A DNA stretch of 56,802 nucleotides from a virus. Taxonomy: Duplodnaviria; Caudoviricetes. The DNA lies in IMG/VR virus record IMGVR_UViG_3300049053_000110, positions 1-56,802 of that record; one strand, 5' to 3'. The notes beneath the pieces are model-generated. The model was not told the origin of the DNA, did not search any database, and worked only from the letters and a program-made list of their open reading frames with translations. The position numbers were made by a program, and so were the translations under genes. Positions 38,001 through 48,165 of the stretch are shown piece by piece. How positions within the stretch are numbered: the first letter of the stretch is position 1; each line of letters begins with the position of its first letter.

Positions 38001-39173
38001 GCCGCATCCGGCCTCGCTTCGTTTGCAAGCGGTGATTATATTGGAGCGGCTTCAGCCGGAGCAAGTTTTGTAACACAGGTAATCAACCTTTTTTCATCTG
38101 CTAAAAAATCAGCAGCAGAAGCGCAAAGGCAAATAGAGTCGTTTAACGCCGCTGTTCTTCGTGGAGAGATAGAATATGGAATAGCATTAAGAAACCGGCT
38201 ATTGCTGCAAGCAGAAGGCAACAAGCTTACATTGGAAGGCCTCAAGGCACAGAAGGAAACTTTAGAAATAAGTAAACGGCAAAACCAGGAAGAGTTTAAC
38301 CGCATCCTACAGCTTCTGCAGCAAGAGCAATTTATTGCAGGGCAGAGCACTAAAAAGAAAAAGAACGGTTTTTTAAATTTTATAGGTGCAGCAGGTGCGA
38401 TTGCCTCTCTTTTTGGTGCAGGTGATACAACCCAGGTTCAAAATCAACTTGGAGGGCTGGCAGGATTAACCTTTGAAAAGTTAGAAGAGCTTTTTGCAAA
38501 GGGACAGTTGACTGATAAAGCAAAAGAGCTTTTCCAACAATTACAAAAACTAAAACAGGAAGGCGTTGATATTGACGAACAGTTATCCGATTTGAGGGAG
38601 AGAGCCCAAGAGGTTTTCACCGGTACCACCGCAAGCAATATACTTGACGGCATTGTTGACGGTTTTAAAAACGGACTTCGTTCTGCAAAAGACTTTGCCG
38701 GAAACTTCGAGGAGCTCATGCGAAATGCGCTTCTTAATGCTTTGAAGTTCCGCTACCTGGAAGGACCTATAAATGAAATTTTTGAACAGTTTGCCACTTT
38801 CTCGGAAGATGGGCTTACTGAAGCCGAAGTAAACCAATTGAGAGAAGCCTACAATGCGGCAATCACTTCCGCAGGCGAGAAGTTGGAGGATTTGCAGAAG
38901 ATTGCAGGTATTAACATTAGCGATGCCAGTACTCAAAATTCTATTGCAGGCCAGTTCAAGGCAATGACTGAAGACACCGGAAATCTTTTGGCTGGCCAAT
39001 TCGGAGGCGTGCGCTTAACGCTGATCGATGTTTTGAAAATAGCAACCGACCAACTTAAAGTGCAACAGAACATTGAGGCAAATACAGGAAGAACCGTGGC
39101 AAGACTGGACACAATCATTCGCAAGTTTGATTCTTACGAAGGCGGTACATCATCAATAAAAGTGGCAATTTAA
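35037..39173 (+). CDS. Tape measure protein
   Basis: 1378-aa helical protein; FAAKTPF and QFATRGIPI motifs. Confidence 0.9.
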   Translation: MGVNVQGSPLEFEAYIKSDSYEAHIRRLIAQTSQLTDAAQKEANVIDSIVKRTTSAIGLYASFAVGSNFVGEVARVRGEFQQLEVAFTTMLGSKEKADKLLAEVTEFAAKTPFELSEVAAATKQLLAFGISADKIKTTLKSLGDISAGIGAPIGEIAYLFGTIKTQGVALTQDVRQFATRGIPIYEELAKILGVAVEKVGDFITAGKVGFPEIEKVFQNLTANGSKFGGLMEAQAKTITGLQSNFRDAVDRMLNDIGKSQEGIIASAIKTATAFVENYEKVLDILKVLVITYGAYKAAIIAHNAVTAISTALTKGWTIAEILRFNAMRASAGAMRLLNATMLANPAVAVATGVALLVSALVVFGRTADSVKSKAELLADAQKNVGDKFEEQQVKIKAYVETLKAGNTTEDQRLNIYNKLKEINPEIVKGYDAKTNSVQILTANVNKYLEALRKQIALEANDEALQASIKQENALKKRIKGLNDAVKDLAANKGKFDKSDPYGLTQLLAPGQTKSAISQLEQQLKGQQKVTQELAQEGAATAAQGETTKQEAKKRTIAVIDEEISALKKQQKEESDTKEKRIAFDKKIAALEAERAKIVGESKREIAAANALESKTNALLEQRKNLLEKIAGLKRGSDQSGLIKEQSELDKINEKYDAAIQNVVDYNQKVAEFNKKNKTSVQGVGQVDINALNEARNRELQNTRLKDDADRYLKNLDNQKRIFEQFEEAKKQIGIEKANELFNEQTKNLQSYGEFLQNELAKITPKIVLGIANIGDLQRLKGLSDALKKFNEERAQEELKNISNLVSATLSYNSQRTLINERYNQLELQLDKAKGKGIIKNHEAVKEALKKGRADELEALENSLIRQSDLYKKLGTDIIGFSRERLKQQIKDLREQLRSGIFTDAEGKQQSLSPELIKAVEAEIERLNSLLQSTSEILGLSVTELNKIAADAAKLSGVFSTLAESVEPLNKNLSTTLSQIGQVVNLAGTAASGLASFASGDYIGAASAGASFVTQVINLFSSAKKSAAEAQRQIESFNAAVLRGEIEYGIALRNRLLLQAEGNKLTLEGLKAQKETLEISKRQNQEEFNRILQLLQQEQFIAGQSTKKKKNGFLNFIGAAGAIASLFGAGDTTQVQNQLGGLAGLTFEKLEELFAKGQLTDKAKELFQQLQKLKQEGVDIDEQLSDLRERAQEVFTGTTASNILDGIVDGFKNGLRSAKDFAGNFEELMRNALLNALKFRYLEGPINEIFEQFATFSEDGLTEAEVNQLREAYNAAITSAGEKLEDLQKIAGINISDASTQNSIAGQFKAMTEDTGNLLAGQFGGVRLTLIDVLKIATDQLKVQQNIEANTGRTVARLDTIIRKFDSYEGGTSSIKVAI

Positions 39174-39183
39174 AAACAGTACA

Positions 39184-39681
39184 ATGCTAGACCTTACAAA
39201 CTATTTTTATATCGACGGCATTGACCTTTGGGCTAATTACAATTTGGGCATTTTAAAGGGAGGCAGCGAGTTTTTGAAATACCCGAAAATAAAGCCACAC
39301 ATAGAATATGATTGGCCCGACCAACACGGAATTGATGTTGACCTGCAAACAACGTTTTTCCAACAGCGTGATATAAGCCTGCAAATGGCCATAGTAACAG
39401 AGAGCGAAGAGGATTTTTGGATAAAAAGAAATGCATTCATTGATATGCTCACAAGAACTGGAGAGAGAAGATTGTCCATTACTTCCCACGGAGCGCGGAG
39501 CTATTTCATTTATTATAAAGACTGTTCACAGATACAGAAAGTAAAAGCATTAACCGGTCTCAATGATCACCGGATTGCATACACTTTTACCTTGGTTGTT
39601 TGTGAGCCCAGGCCAAAGGGAGGCGAAGGAAATGCAAACCTTCCGCTATTAGCAGACGACAGAACGCCAATACTAACTTAA
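39184..39681 (+). CDS. Distal tail protein
   Basis: Follows the tape measure gene; YIDGIDL..DWPDQHGIDVDL. Confidence 0.65.
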   Translation: MLDLTNYFYIDGIDLWANYNLGILKGGSEFLKYPKIKPHIEYDWPDQHGIDVDLQTTFFQQRDISLQMAIVTESEEDFWIKRNAFIDMLTRTGERRLSITSHGARSYFIYYKDCSQIQKVKALTGLNDHRIAYTFTLVVCEPRPKGGEGNANLPLLADDRTPILT

Positions 39682-39682
39682 C

Positions 39683-41536
39683 ATGAACTCAGTAGATATA
39701 TACAGAGGAGCGGAAAAACTAATTACGGTAAAGCCTGAAAAAACAAGCGCCCAAACAAAAATTGTTATGGGTGATAATGTTGTGCAGTTGACTTTTTTGC
39801 TCAATGTAGCTGTTGATTTTCGCCTTTCCGATTGGTGCACCATATTTGGGGAAGAGTACCATTTGAACAAAACCCCTGATGTACAAAAGCTATCTACTTT
39901 AGATTTTAAATACAACCTCACTTTCCAGGCAGAGGGCTTTGATATAAGCAAGGTGTATTTTTTAGGCCTCGGTCCTGACAATGAGCTCACGCAGCCTTTC
40001 TTTTCATTTGTTGGCGATGCAAGCCAGTACATGGAGTTACTCTTAATGAACATTGATAGAATTTACAGCGGCTTTAGTATCGGCGAAGTGATTCCAACGG
40101 CGGCAAAGCATTTGGATTTTAATGCTGAAAACTGTTATAATGTTTTATCCCGATTAGCAGAGGAGTTTGAGACAGAGTTTTGGATTGAAGGAAAAGTTTT
40201 GCATCTAACCAAACGGTCCACTGATACCAGCATAACACTTAAGTATGGAAGCGGCAAAGGCCTTTATGATATTTCAAGAAAAGATTTAGGCAATGCTCTT
40301 GCTACAAGGCTTTGGGCCGTTGGTGCAGAAAGAAACTTGCCTGCTGATTACAGAGGCTTTGAAAAGCGGTTATTGCTTCCTGACTTTCAGCCAGGCATCA
40401 TAAGCAACTTAAATATTGTTGCCACTGCATCGGGAGTAAGCAACACGGAATTTTCCTTTACTTACGACCCTCCAAATATTTCCGGCCTGACATGGGTAAA
40501 AGTAGCTTACCGGTTGCAAGGATCTGATACGTGGGCATACAAAAACATTCCTCCTGCCGGCACCGGCTCAACGCAGTTCGTAATTGCGCCAAATGGTACT
40601 TATGAAATGCGTTTCATAACGATAACCTCAAGTCTTGAGTTATCAACGGAAACAATTATTGTTACCGGAACCTCGGGACCATTCTTTACAGAAGCTCCTA
40701 GATATATAGAACGCAATGTTGATCTGCATGGCATTATAGAGCATACGCAAATCTTTGATGATGTTTACCCGCACAGAACGGGAAAGGTGACAGCCGTTGA
40801 TGCAACAAACGAATTTGTATTTACTGATGCAGCACTAGACTTTAATGTTGCTGATTATTTTTTACCAGGCAAAGAACCAAAGATTGTTTTCCTTTCGGGA
40901 GAGCTCTCAAATTATCAGTTTAAAATTTATGCTTATGATAATGCGATAAAGAAGTTCACCATTTTAAAAAATGAAGAAGAGCGAAACTTAACCGTTCCTT
41001 CTCCAACGCTAAAGCCTTCTATTGGCGACACATATACGATCATCGATATTAAAATGCCTCAGTCTTATATTGATGCAGCAGAAGAGGAGTTATTAAACAG
41101 GGCAGAGCAGTTTTTGAATGAAGCAAGCGAACCGCAATTGCAATATGTGGTAAACATTGACTCTGTTGTAATAAGAAAAAAGAATTTAACCCTTGCTATA
41201 GGGCAATTGGTTTGGCTGATAGATGCGCAGTTAGGAGTAAATAAAAAAATCAGGATTACCCGAACCGTCCGTAACCTGGTGGAAGAAACAAAGTATGTAA
41301 TTGATCTTTCCGATATCGTACCACCGGCAAATAAAATAGAGCGCTCGCTTTCTGCTTCTGCATCCAATAGCAGGGGCCTTACGTCTGTTGAAAGAGGCTT
41401 ACAAAACAATGCAATACTGAATGGTGAAGTAGTGGGCACACTCAGGTTTTCCTCCATGCCGCAAACCGGCACATTGACCGGCTTTTTACCTGTTTATTTA
41501 GAAGTTGCTACAGGAAAATTATTCGTAAAAGTGTAA
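39683..41536 (+). CDS. Tail tip/baseplate hub protein
   Basis: Position; ATRLWAVG, FDDVYPHRTG motifs; FN3-like insert. Confidence 0.7.
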   Translation: MNSVDIYRGAEKLITVKPEKTSAQTKIVMGDNVVQLTFLLNVAVDFRLSDWCTIFGEEYHLNKTPDVQKLSTLDFKYNLTFQAEGFDISKVYFLGLGPDNELTQPFFSFVGDASQYMELLLMNIDRIYSGFSIGEVIPTAAKHLDFNAENCYNVLSRLAEEFETEFWIEGKVLHLTKRSTDTSITLKYGSGKGLYDISRKDLGNALATRLWAVGAERNLPADYRGFEKRLLLPDFQPGIISNLNIVATASGVSNTEFSFTYDPPNISGLTWVKVAYRLQGSDTWAYKNIPPAGTGSTQFVIAPNGTYEMRFITITSSLELSTETIIVTGTSGPFFTEAPRYIERNVDLHGIIEHTQIFDDVYPHRTGKVTAVDATNEFVFTDAALDFNVADYFLPGKEPKIVFLSGELSNYQFKIYAYDNAIKKFTILKNEEERNLTVPSPTLKPSIGDTYTIIDIKMPQSYIDAAEEELLNRAEQFLNEASEPQLQYVVNIDSVVIRKKNLTLAIGQLVWLIDAQLGVNKKIRITRTVRNLVEETKYVIDLSDIVPPANKIERSLSASASNSRGLTSVERGLQNNAILNGEVVGTLRFSSMPQTGTLTGFLPVYLEVATGKLFVKV

Positions 41537-41540
41537 AGGT

Positions 41541-41562
41541 TGTAAGTAGTCCAATACTTACA
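41541..41562. promoter_or_regulatory. Dyad site TGTAAGTA-N6-TACTTACA (copy 2)
   Basis: Intergenic, upstream of the fibre/lysis operon. Confidence 0.6.
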
Positions 41563-41625
41563 CGAATAATCAATCACACAAAAATTGTTACTGATATTTT
41601 GCGGCTAACTAAAAAGCCCGTGTAA

Positions 41626-42957
41626 ATGCCTGCTGATGGTTATAGGATTAATGAACTTCCTTCTTATTTGGTTTACACATCAACTCTTGCTAACGATGAT
41701 AAGTTTCCTTATTACTTAGCAGAGTTCGATAAAACCGTTTGGATGAATGTTTCCACTTTCAGAACCTGGGTTTTGAGTGGAGGCGGTGGCACAATTACAC
41801 CTATTATTTCAGGAAATAAAATAATCCATGATGTAACCCTTGCCGAGCATGGAGGCACTACGGTTAATCTTCCCGATCTCGCAGGTAAACTTTTCAATTT
41901 AGAAATTGATGGCCGTGATTTTATTCCTGCCGAATACAGCATATTAAGCGGCGGCGGTTTTCAGATAACAATACCTGATTATGCATTAGCAGAAGGGCAG
42001 CGTTGCACACTTGAATTATACGAGTTCGCAGTAACGGGAGGCACAACAACTCCATCAAGCGGTGGCAGTTTATTCAGAGGCTCTTTGCCCATTACTGCTA
42101 ACTACACAATGAGCGCCCTCAACGATGCAGGGAAGCTGTTGCAGTTCAGAGGACTTTCAAGTTCCTATAAATTAACCCTTGCATTGGTTGAAGAGTTACC
42201 GGTAAATTCTGTTGTAGTAATTGAGGCATCGATTCAAAATACAAAGCAACATGAGATTGCTACACAGTCCGGCCAGTTGATTTACATGAACGGTACGAGC
42301 TGGACGAGTGTATATATTGGCCCTGGCGAAGTTGTATGGCTATTTGTTGGTGAAGACGGCTATTATGTGATTAATGATTTTGCCAAAATCTACAGAGAAC
42401 TTCTTACTCCGTTTATTTCTCTTGATCCTACAGAGCAAATAGGCGAGGCGTTTCTTGACGGCTCGGAGGATTTAAGAGCAACCTATCCGAGAGCATTCCA
42501 AAAAATACAAGCGCTCGGTGCTGGATATATCACAGAAGCTAATTGGCAATTAGCAGCCGTTTACCGTCAAGGCAATACTTATACAACATCGGTTCCGGGA
42601 TCCGGCAGTTATGAAACAATTCCTTTCCCGAACAGAGGTAAATTTTCTGCCGGCACTGATACCACTACAAATACAAAATTCAGGTGGCCAAAATGGGAAG
42701 GAATGACAGTGAGGGGCTTGATCAGTGGAACGGACAATGAGCGGTATTCGAATACAGCAGGTAATTATCAAAAGTTCATGACCGAATTGCACGACCACGG
42801 ACAGCCTATAGAAAGTGGCGGTGGTACAAACAGGCAGTCGCTTGTTACAAACGCAAATTCTGATGAAGGCATAAGTGAAACGGACCGGACAGGAACCTTT
42901 GGCGGCGCTGAAACCCGTATGGATAACATAGGTATTTACTGGAAAATAAAAGTGTAA
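41626..42957 (+). CDS. Tail fibre/collar-domain protein
   Basis: Collar-like C-terminus: RATYP..F, FRWP, HDH, GGAETRMDNI. Confidence 0.65.
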   Translation: MPADGYRINELPSYLVYTSTLANDDKFPYYLAEFDKTVWMNVSTFRTWVLSGGGGTITPIISGNKIIHDVTLAEHGGTTVNLPDLAGKLFNLEIDGRDFIPAEYSILSGGGFQITIPDYALAEGQRCTLELYEFAVTGGTTTPSSGGSLFRGSLPITANYTMSALNDAGKLLQFRGLSSSYKLTLALVEELPVNSVVVIEASIQNTKQHEIATQSGQLIYMNGTSWTSVYIGPGEVVWLFVGEDGYYVINDFAKIYRELLTPFISLDPTEQIGEAFLDGSEDLRATYPRAFQKIQALGAGYITEANWQLAAVYRQGNTYTTSVPGSGSYETIPFPNRGKFSAGTDTTTNTKFRWPKWEGMTVRGLISGTDNERYSNTAGNYQKFMTELHDHGQPIESGGGTNRQSLVTNANSDEGISETDRTGTFGGAETRMDNIGIYWKIKV

Positions 42958-45900
42958 TGAAGAAAATATTAATCATACTGTTTTTGCTGGCTGGGTATTT
43001 TGCAAATGCTCAAACCGAGCAATTTATTGGTAGCAACGTTAATACCGTTGTTGTTAGAAATGATTTTCGGGTTGATAGCGCCTTTATTCTTCCAGATACT
43101 TTAGCAAGCGCACCCAATGGCTCTTTTGGTAAAAAGAACGGAACTCTGTTTTTTAAATGGAGTAACGTTTGGGGTGTGGCTATGGGTGGCGGTAGTGGTG
43201 TTACTTCTGTGTTTGGCAGAACCGGTGCAGTTGTTGGGGAATTAGGCGATTACAGCGCATTCTACCCGTCACTAGCTGGCAGCTATGCAAATCCTTCATG
43301 GATTACTTCATTTCCGTGGAGCAAGATAACAGGTACGCCAACTACAAGGGCCGGTTATGGCATTACTGATGCAGCTGCTTTATCGCACACCCACTTATCT
43401 TCTCAAATTACAGACCTTACCACCGCAGTAAGGAATATGTTTTCCCAAGGAACTAACATTACTTACAACCCGCTTACGGGTGTAATTGCGGCCACTCTGA
43501 GCGGAGGCGTTGTTGGTAATGCCGATTCCTTGGACGGAGAAGACAGCCCTTTTTACCTAGATAGAACCAACCACAATGGTACACAACTTTCTTCTACTAT
43601 CAGCGATTTTACTTCAGCAGTACATACTCTTGGAGATGCACGTTACCCGCAATTAAGCGGCACCTATAATAACCCATCATGGTTAAACCAACTTGCATGG
43701 AGTAAGATTACGGGTGCGCCAAGTTTTCTCACGTCTGAGACAGATCCCACAGTAGATGCTATCATAAAAGCAATGCCCATCACAGCCGATGCAACCACAA
43801 ACAAATATTATTACTGGAACAATGGCAGTATAGGAAGAAAACAAATTTCTTATTCTGATTTGAGTGGTACTCCTGATTTAAGCGGTTATGAACTACTGAC
43901 TAACAAAGCAATCGACTTTACAACCCTTAATAATACCAAGTATCCAACCACGCAGGCGGTGGCTGATTACTTCGAGGACAATAATCAGCGATTTGGCGAG
44001 GGAGATAATCTATTTACAGACAACAGATATGTTAATGCGAAAGGCCATAGGTTCAAATTGGACTCGGCTACTAATATTTATATCTACGATTTCGATGGCG
44101 AATTTGTCGTATCCAACAATTCAACTTTTTCGGGGCAATATAATTACTTACAGATTGACCAGTCCTCTACCAGCCTTTCCAGCTACGCAGTTGGTTCGGA
44201 TGCAGTTTTTTTTACTGGTATAGATGCAGGTAAGGCTTATGGTGATTTCAACGCTGCTACAGGAGCTACAAAAACACTTCGCTGGCAATTGTGGGGGGAT
44301 TCAACAAGGCTGCGATTCAGCCTTAGCGGAACGCCTTATGATCTAATAAAATCTTTTAATCGAAAACTTACCTTAAATGGGGACTCGCTTTTTATTACAT
44401 CATTACCTACGGGTTCCTCTTCCGATAATATATTGCTTCGAACAGCAGGAGGGCAGATAAAAGAAATTGCTTCATCATCCTTTGCCTCTACAGGCGATCT
44501 TTCTGGTTATGTTCTTAAAACAACAACAGTAAACGGACAGGCTTTAAGCAGCAATATAAATCTTGACTTGCAAGACGTGACCGATGTAGATTCAGTAACA
44601 ACACACCAAATTATTGCACCATCTTTTACTAATGCTACTGGAAAGTTTTTATTAACTGAACTAGCTGGTATTGGTGCTCTTTATTTATCTAATACTTCTG
44701 CCCCTGATATTATAAGACCGCAAGCAGCTTCTTTAGGAGGTGCTTTTAGATTACCGAATACAGGAAATGTAGGTGATACGATTTCAACTCTATTTGATAT
44801 AAGAGCGGCGGTTGCGGGTCTTGGAAGTGGCGGTTACACAAACCTTACACAATTCGTAGCACAAAACAATTGGAAGTTATTTTACTCTAATGGTTCAGGC
44901 GATGTGCAGGAATTAGCATTGGGCGCTAGTGGAACAGTATTACAATCAAACGGCGCAACGTCTGCTCCTTCTTTTGCTACACCAACAACATATACAGCAA
45001 GCGGTGGTTTAACAATGTCTGGAAACGATATCAGATTAGGTGGTACAACTTTATCAGGTGGACACAATATATACAGCACATCTACTTCCAATGTCGTAAG
45101 ATTTTATGACAATACTGCCTCTGGCATGAGCAGCTCTAATGTTGCTTTAACGGTTGGTAGGTTTGTATCGTCCGGTACGCCTACTACTGGTTTCGGTGGG
45201 CACATAAAATTTGAAGGTAGTAATGCATCTCTTATTAATAAGGATATGGGTAGCGTTGGAATTATTTATAATGATGCCACCAATAATACAGAGCAAACAC
45301 AGTTTCAGGTATATCTATATAACGCCGGCAGCTCTAGTCGGAAATTATATTTAAGTGGCACCGGACAACTAAACCTTTCAGCCTATACAACCAGTACTGC
45401 ATTTACAGGAACTCCTGTTGGAACATTACAGGTTGATGCAAGTGGTAATGTGATTGTGAATAGCACTACCTCGTTAAGTGGCGGCGGTGGTTCGGGTACA
45501 GTAAGTTCAGGAAGTACAGGAGATATGCCTTACTACACAGGCGCTACTACAGTAGGCCCAATGACAGGCGCAGCATGGAACAACACTGATGCAGTATTTA
45601 CATTAACAGGCAACGGCTCACAATCACCTAATGTACATTTTTTCGATAGTGGTAATGATGTTCTGCATATTGGATGGAATAATGCCAATGGTGCAAGTGA
45701 AATAAATGCTAATGGGTGGCCACTAGAAATTTCAGGAGATGTAAAATTTCTGACAGTAAATACAGATAATACCGCTACAAGTGTATATGCAGAAGATGCA
45801 AGCGGGAACCTTGTTTTAAGAACAGTAGCAAGTTTGGGAGGTGGGAGTATTACAGCAGCCAATCCAACAGCAGCAGTAGGGCTTACCGCAACAAACGGAG

Positions 45901-46253
45901 TTGCATCTACCTATATGCGTAGCGATGCTGCACCGGCATTAAGTACAGTCATTACCAATAAAGCAGCCTTCCAATTAACTACAGCCACGGATGCCAATAT
46001 AACCGCAGTTGCAGGCACAGCGTATCATCTTCCTGCAACTACGCTTTCAGCAAATAGAACAATCGATGTAAGTGGATTAAACACCAATGGCGATTATGTG
46101 GAATTCTATAACAACGAAGAAGGATTCACCTGGTCATTCACCGGTGCAACCGTATATGATAGCGATGGAGCAACAGCAGTAACAGAATTATTGTTAAACA
46201 CCAACTCTGTCATTCGCAGAGTGAACGGAAAATTAATGATCTCAAAACTTTAG
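42957..46253 (+). CDS. Large fibre-like protein with a Sec signal peptide
   Basis: MKKILIILFLLAGYFANA|Q; VTSVFGRTGAV; repeated NPSW..WSKITG.P; HTH motif. Confidence 0.7.
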   Translation: MKKILIILFLLAGYFANAQTEQFIGSNVNTVVVRNDFRVDSAFILPDTLASAPNGSFGKKNGTLFFKWSNVWGVAMGGGSGVTSVFGRTGAVVGELGDYSAFYPSLAGSYANPSWITSFPWSKITGTPTTRAGYGITDAAALSHTHLSSQITDLTTAVRNMFSQGTNITYNPLTGVIAATLSGGVVGNADSLDGEDSPFYLDRTNHNGTQLSSTISDFTSAVHTLGDARYPQLSGTYNNPSWLNQLAWSKITGAPSFLTSETDPTVDAIIKAMPITADATTNKYYYWNNGSIGRKQISYSDLSGTPDLSGYELLTNKAIDFTTLNNTKYPTTQAVADYFEDNNQRFGEGDNLFTDNRYVNAKGHRFKLDSATNIYIYDFDGEFVVSNNSTFSGQYNYLQIDQSSTSLSSYAVGSDAVFFTGIDAGKAYGDFNAATGATKTLRWQLWGDSTRLRFSLSGTPYDLIKSFNRKLTLNGDSLFITSLPTGSSSDNILLRTAGGQIKEIASSSFASTGDLSGYVLKTTTVNGQALSSNINLDLQDVTDVDSVTTHQIIAPSFTNATGKFLLTELAGIGALYLSNTSAPDIIRPQAASLGGAFRLPNTGNVGDTISTLFDIRAAVAGLGSGGYTNLTQFVAQNNWKLFYSNGSGDVQELALGASGTVLQSNGATSAPSFATPTTYTASGGLTMSGNDIRLGGTTLSGGHNIYSTSTSNVVRFYDNTASGMSSSNVALTVGRFVSSGTPTTGFGGHIKFEGSNASLINKDMGSVGIIYNDATNNTEQTQFQVYLYNAGSSSRKLYLSGTGQLNLSAYTTSTAFTGTPVGTLQVDASGNVIVNSTTSLSGGGGSGTVSSGSTGDMPYYTGATTVGPMTGAAWNNTDAVFTLTGNGSQSPNVHFFDSGNDVLHIGWNNANGASEINANGWPLEISGDVKFLTVNTDNTATSVYAEDASGNLVLRTVASLGGGSITAANPTAAVGLTATNGVASTYMRSDAAPALSTVITNKAAFQLTTATDANITAVAGTAYHLPATTLSANRTIDVSGLNTNGDYVEFYNNEEGFTWSFTGATVYDSDGATAVTELLLNTNSVIRRVNGKLMISKL

Positions 46254-46254
46254 T

Positions 46255-47340
46255 ATGAAACAGCTTTTAATATTGATTGTTTTTTTTATCTGCATCAAAT
46301 CGAATGCACAGACTTATGGAAATGAAATTCAGGCAAGGAACAATTCGGGTACAATAGGTAAAATATACCGCAATAACGATGGGTTAAAGATTTGGGACAG
46401 CGTTGTAATCGCAAGATTAAACACAATTATTGCATCAGGAATACCTATTACGAATAGTTCCTTAGCAGTTACAGGAACTTTCTGGCAAGCAACACAGCCG
46501 GTAAGCTTGGCATCGTTACCAGCATTACCAGCCGGAACAAATAATATTGGCGATGTAGATGTGCTCACCGTACCATCAGATCCTTTCGGTGCGAATGCTG
46601 ATGCTGCCAGTGCCACTGGTTCTATATCTGCAAAACTTCGATTCATAGCAGGTACAGGAATCCCTATTACATCGCTACCAAATGTTACTATAACAACATT
46701 TCCGGATAACGAACCATTTAACGTTGCACAGATAAATGGAATAACACCACTAATGGGAGCAGGCAATACCGGTACAGGGTCATTACGTGTAACTATCGCA
46801 TCTGACCAGGTAGCAATACCAGTTAGTGGCACATTCTGGCAGGCAACACAGCCGGTCTCTATTGCATCAACGATTGGCATTAATACAGCTCAAGTGAATG
46901 GAAATACGGTGAACACTGGCAATGGAACTTCAGGAACGGGAACACAAAGAGTAGTAATCGCATCCGACCAAACAGCATTCAGCGTAAATGCGACTAACAT
47001 AGTTGGAACATCAGGAGGTTATAGTGCAGACAGCAGAACAGCATTAACCAATACGGTTGTTTCTGCAAAGGCTTCTGCCGGCCAGTTATATGGTTACTTC
47101 TGGTATAATCCAAATGCTACAGCAGCTTACATACAAGTATTTAATACTGCTTCTGGTTCTGTTACTCTTGGCACAACAACACCTGTATATGTAATCACTA
47201 TACCTGCTACCAGTGGCGCAAATGTGGAGTTCAGTAATGGCATTGCACATTCAACAGCAATCACATACGCGGCCACTACAACTGCAACGGGTAACACCGC
47301 ACCATCATCGTCATTAACCGGATTTATGCTTTACAAATGA
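46255..47340 (+). CDS. Exported Thr/Gly-rich protein with internal repeats
   Basis: Signal ..SNA|Q; GTFWQATQPVS occurs twice and IASDQ twice. Confidence 0.7.
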   Translation: MKQLLILIVFFICIKSNAQTYGNEIQARNNSGTIGKIYRNNDGLKIWDSVVIARLNTIIASGIPITNSSLAVTGTFWQATQPVSLASLPALPAGTNNIGDVDVLTVPSDPFGANADAASATGSISAKLRFIAGTGIPITSLPNVTITTFPDNEPFNVAQINGITPLMGAGNTGTGSLRVTIASDQVAIPVSGTFWQATQPVSIASTIGINTAQVNGNTVNTGNGTSGTGTQRVVIASDQTAFSVNATNIVGTSGGYSADSRTALTNTVVSAKASAGQLYGYFWYNPNATAAYIQVFNTASGSVTLGTTTPVYVITIPATSGANVEFSNGIAHSTAITYAATTTATGNTAPSSSLTGFMLYK

Positions 47341-48146
47341 GAAGATTATTTTTCATAGCAGGTATCATTTTTTTGGTTAAATGCGCAAACGCACAAATAA
47401 CTTATTTCGGCTCGGCATCAACTCCTACAGACAATAGTACCAATACAGCAACAACAACTTCTGTTGCGCCTCCAGCCTCAATGGTCGCCGGTGATTTGGT
47501 AATTATAATAGCTTATCAAAGAGGCACCGGCACCACATACAGTGTTTCCAATAGCGGAGGCCAGTCATGGTCAAATCCATATACTTTAAGCGCTAATGCG
47601 GCAACGCTCTCTGCTTCTGTTTTTTGGTGTAGGTATAATGGATCATGGAGTGCAGATCCATCTATATTATTTAGTGCAGGAACGAACACCAATGTCATTA
47701 TGCATGTCTTTCGTCCCACAAACACATCAAAGGTTTGGGATGTCGATCCAGAGGCGGTAGGAACCTCTTCAAGAGGCCTTGCGTTTATGGCCGTGCCGGG
47801 GTCACCTTGTAATGTAGGCGGCTTCACCTTCGGTAATACAAATGCCTCTGCAGTTCTTGTATTTGGAGCCATAACAGATGATGATAATACGTGGACTTTA
47901 AGCACTGCCAATAGTAGCTCAGTACTGGGAAGCGCTCAATATCGAAACACTGCGGGAAGTGACGCTTCATCAATGTCTGCATACAGAATATTTACCTCGG
48001 TCAATGCAAGTTATACCGGCCCTGTTATAACGCAGGCTACGCTGGGTTGCGATGGCGGGTTAACATACAGGCTGGCATTTTTCGAATCTGATCCCCCGGC
48101 TGCTGTACCGTCAAAACCAATGACATTATTGGGAGTTGGAGGATAA
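47337..48146 (+). CDS. Exported beta-rich protein
   Basis: Signal ..ANA|Q. Confidence 0.65.
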   Translation: MRRLFFIAGIIFLVKCANAQITYFGSASTPTDNSTNTATTTSVAPPASMVAGDLVIIIAYQRGTGTTYSVSNSGGQSWSNPYTLSANAATLSASVFWCRYNGSWSADPSILFSAGTNTNVIMHVFRPTNTSKVWDVDPEAVGTSSRGLAFMAVPGSPCNVGGFTFGNTNASAVLVFGAITDDDNTWTLSTANSSSVLGSAQYRNTAGSDASSMSAYRIFTSVNASYTGPVITQATLGCDGGLTYRLAFFESDPPAAVPSKPMTLLGVGG

Positions 48147-48165
48147 TCAAATTAAAACACACAAT

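Noticed and set aside
29424-41562. Dyad pair as recombinase or invertase sites
   Set aside because: The 6-bp spacers differ in both orientations (TCGCAC vs GTCCAA), and inversion or excision would disrupt the structural module.
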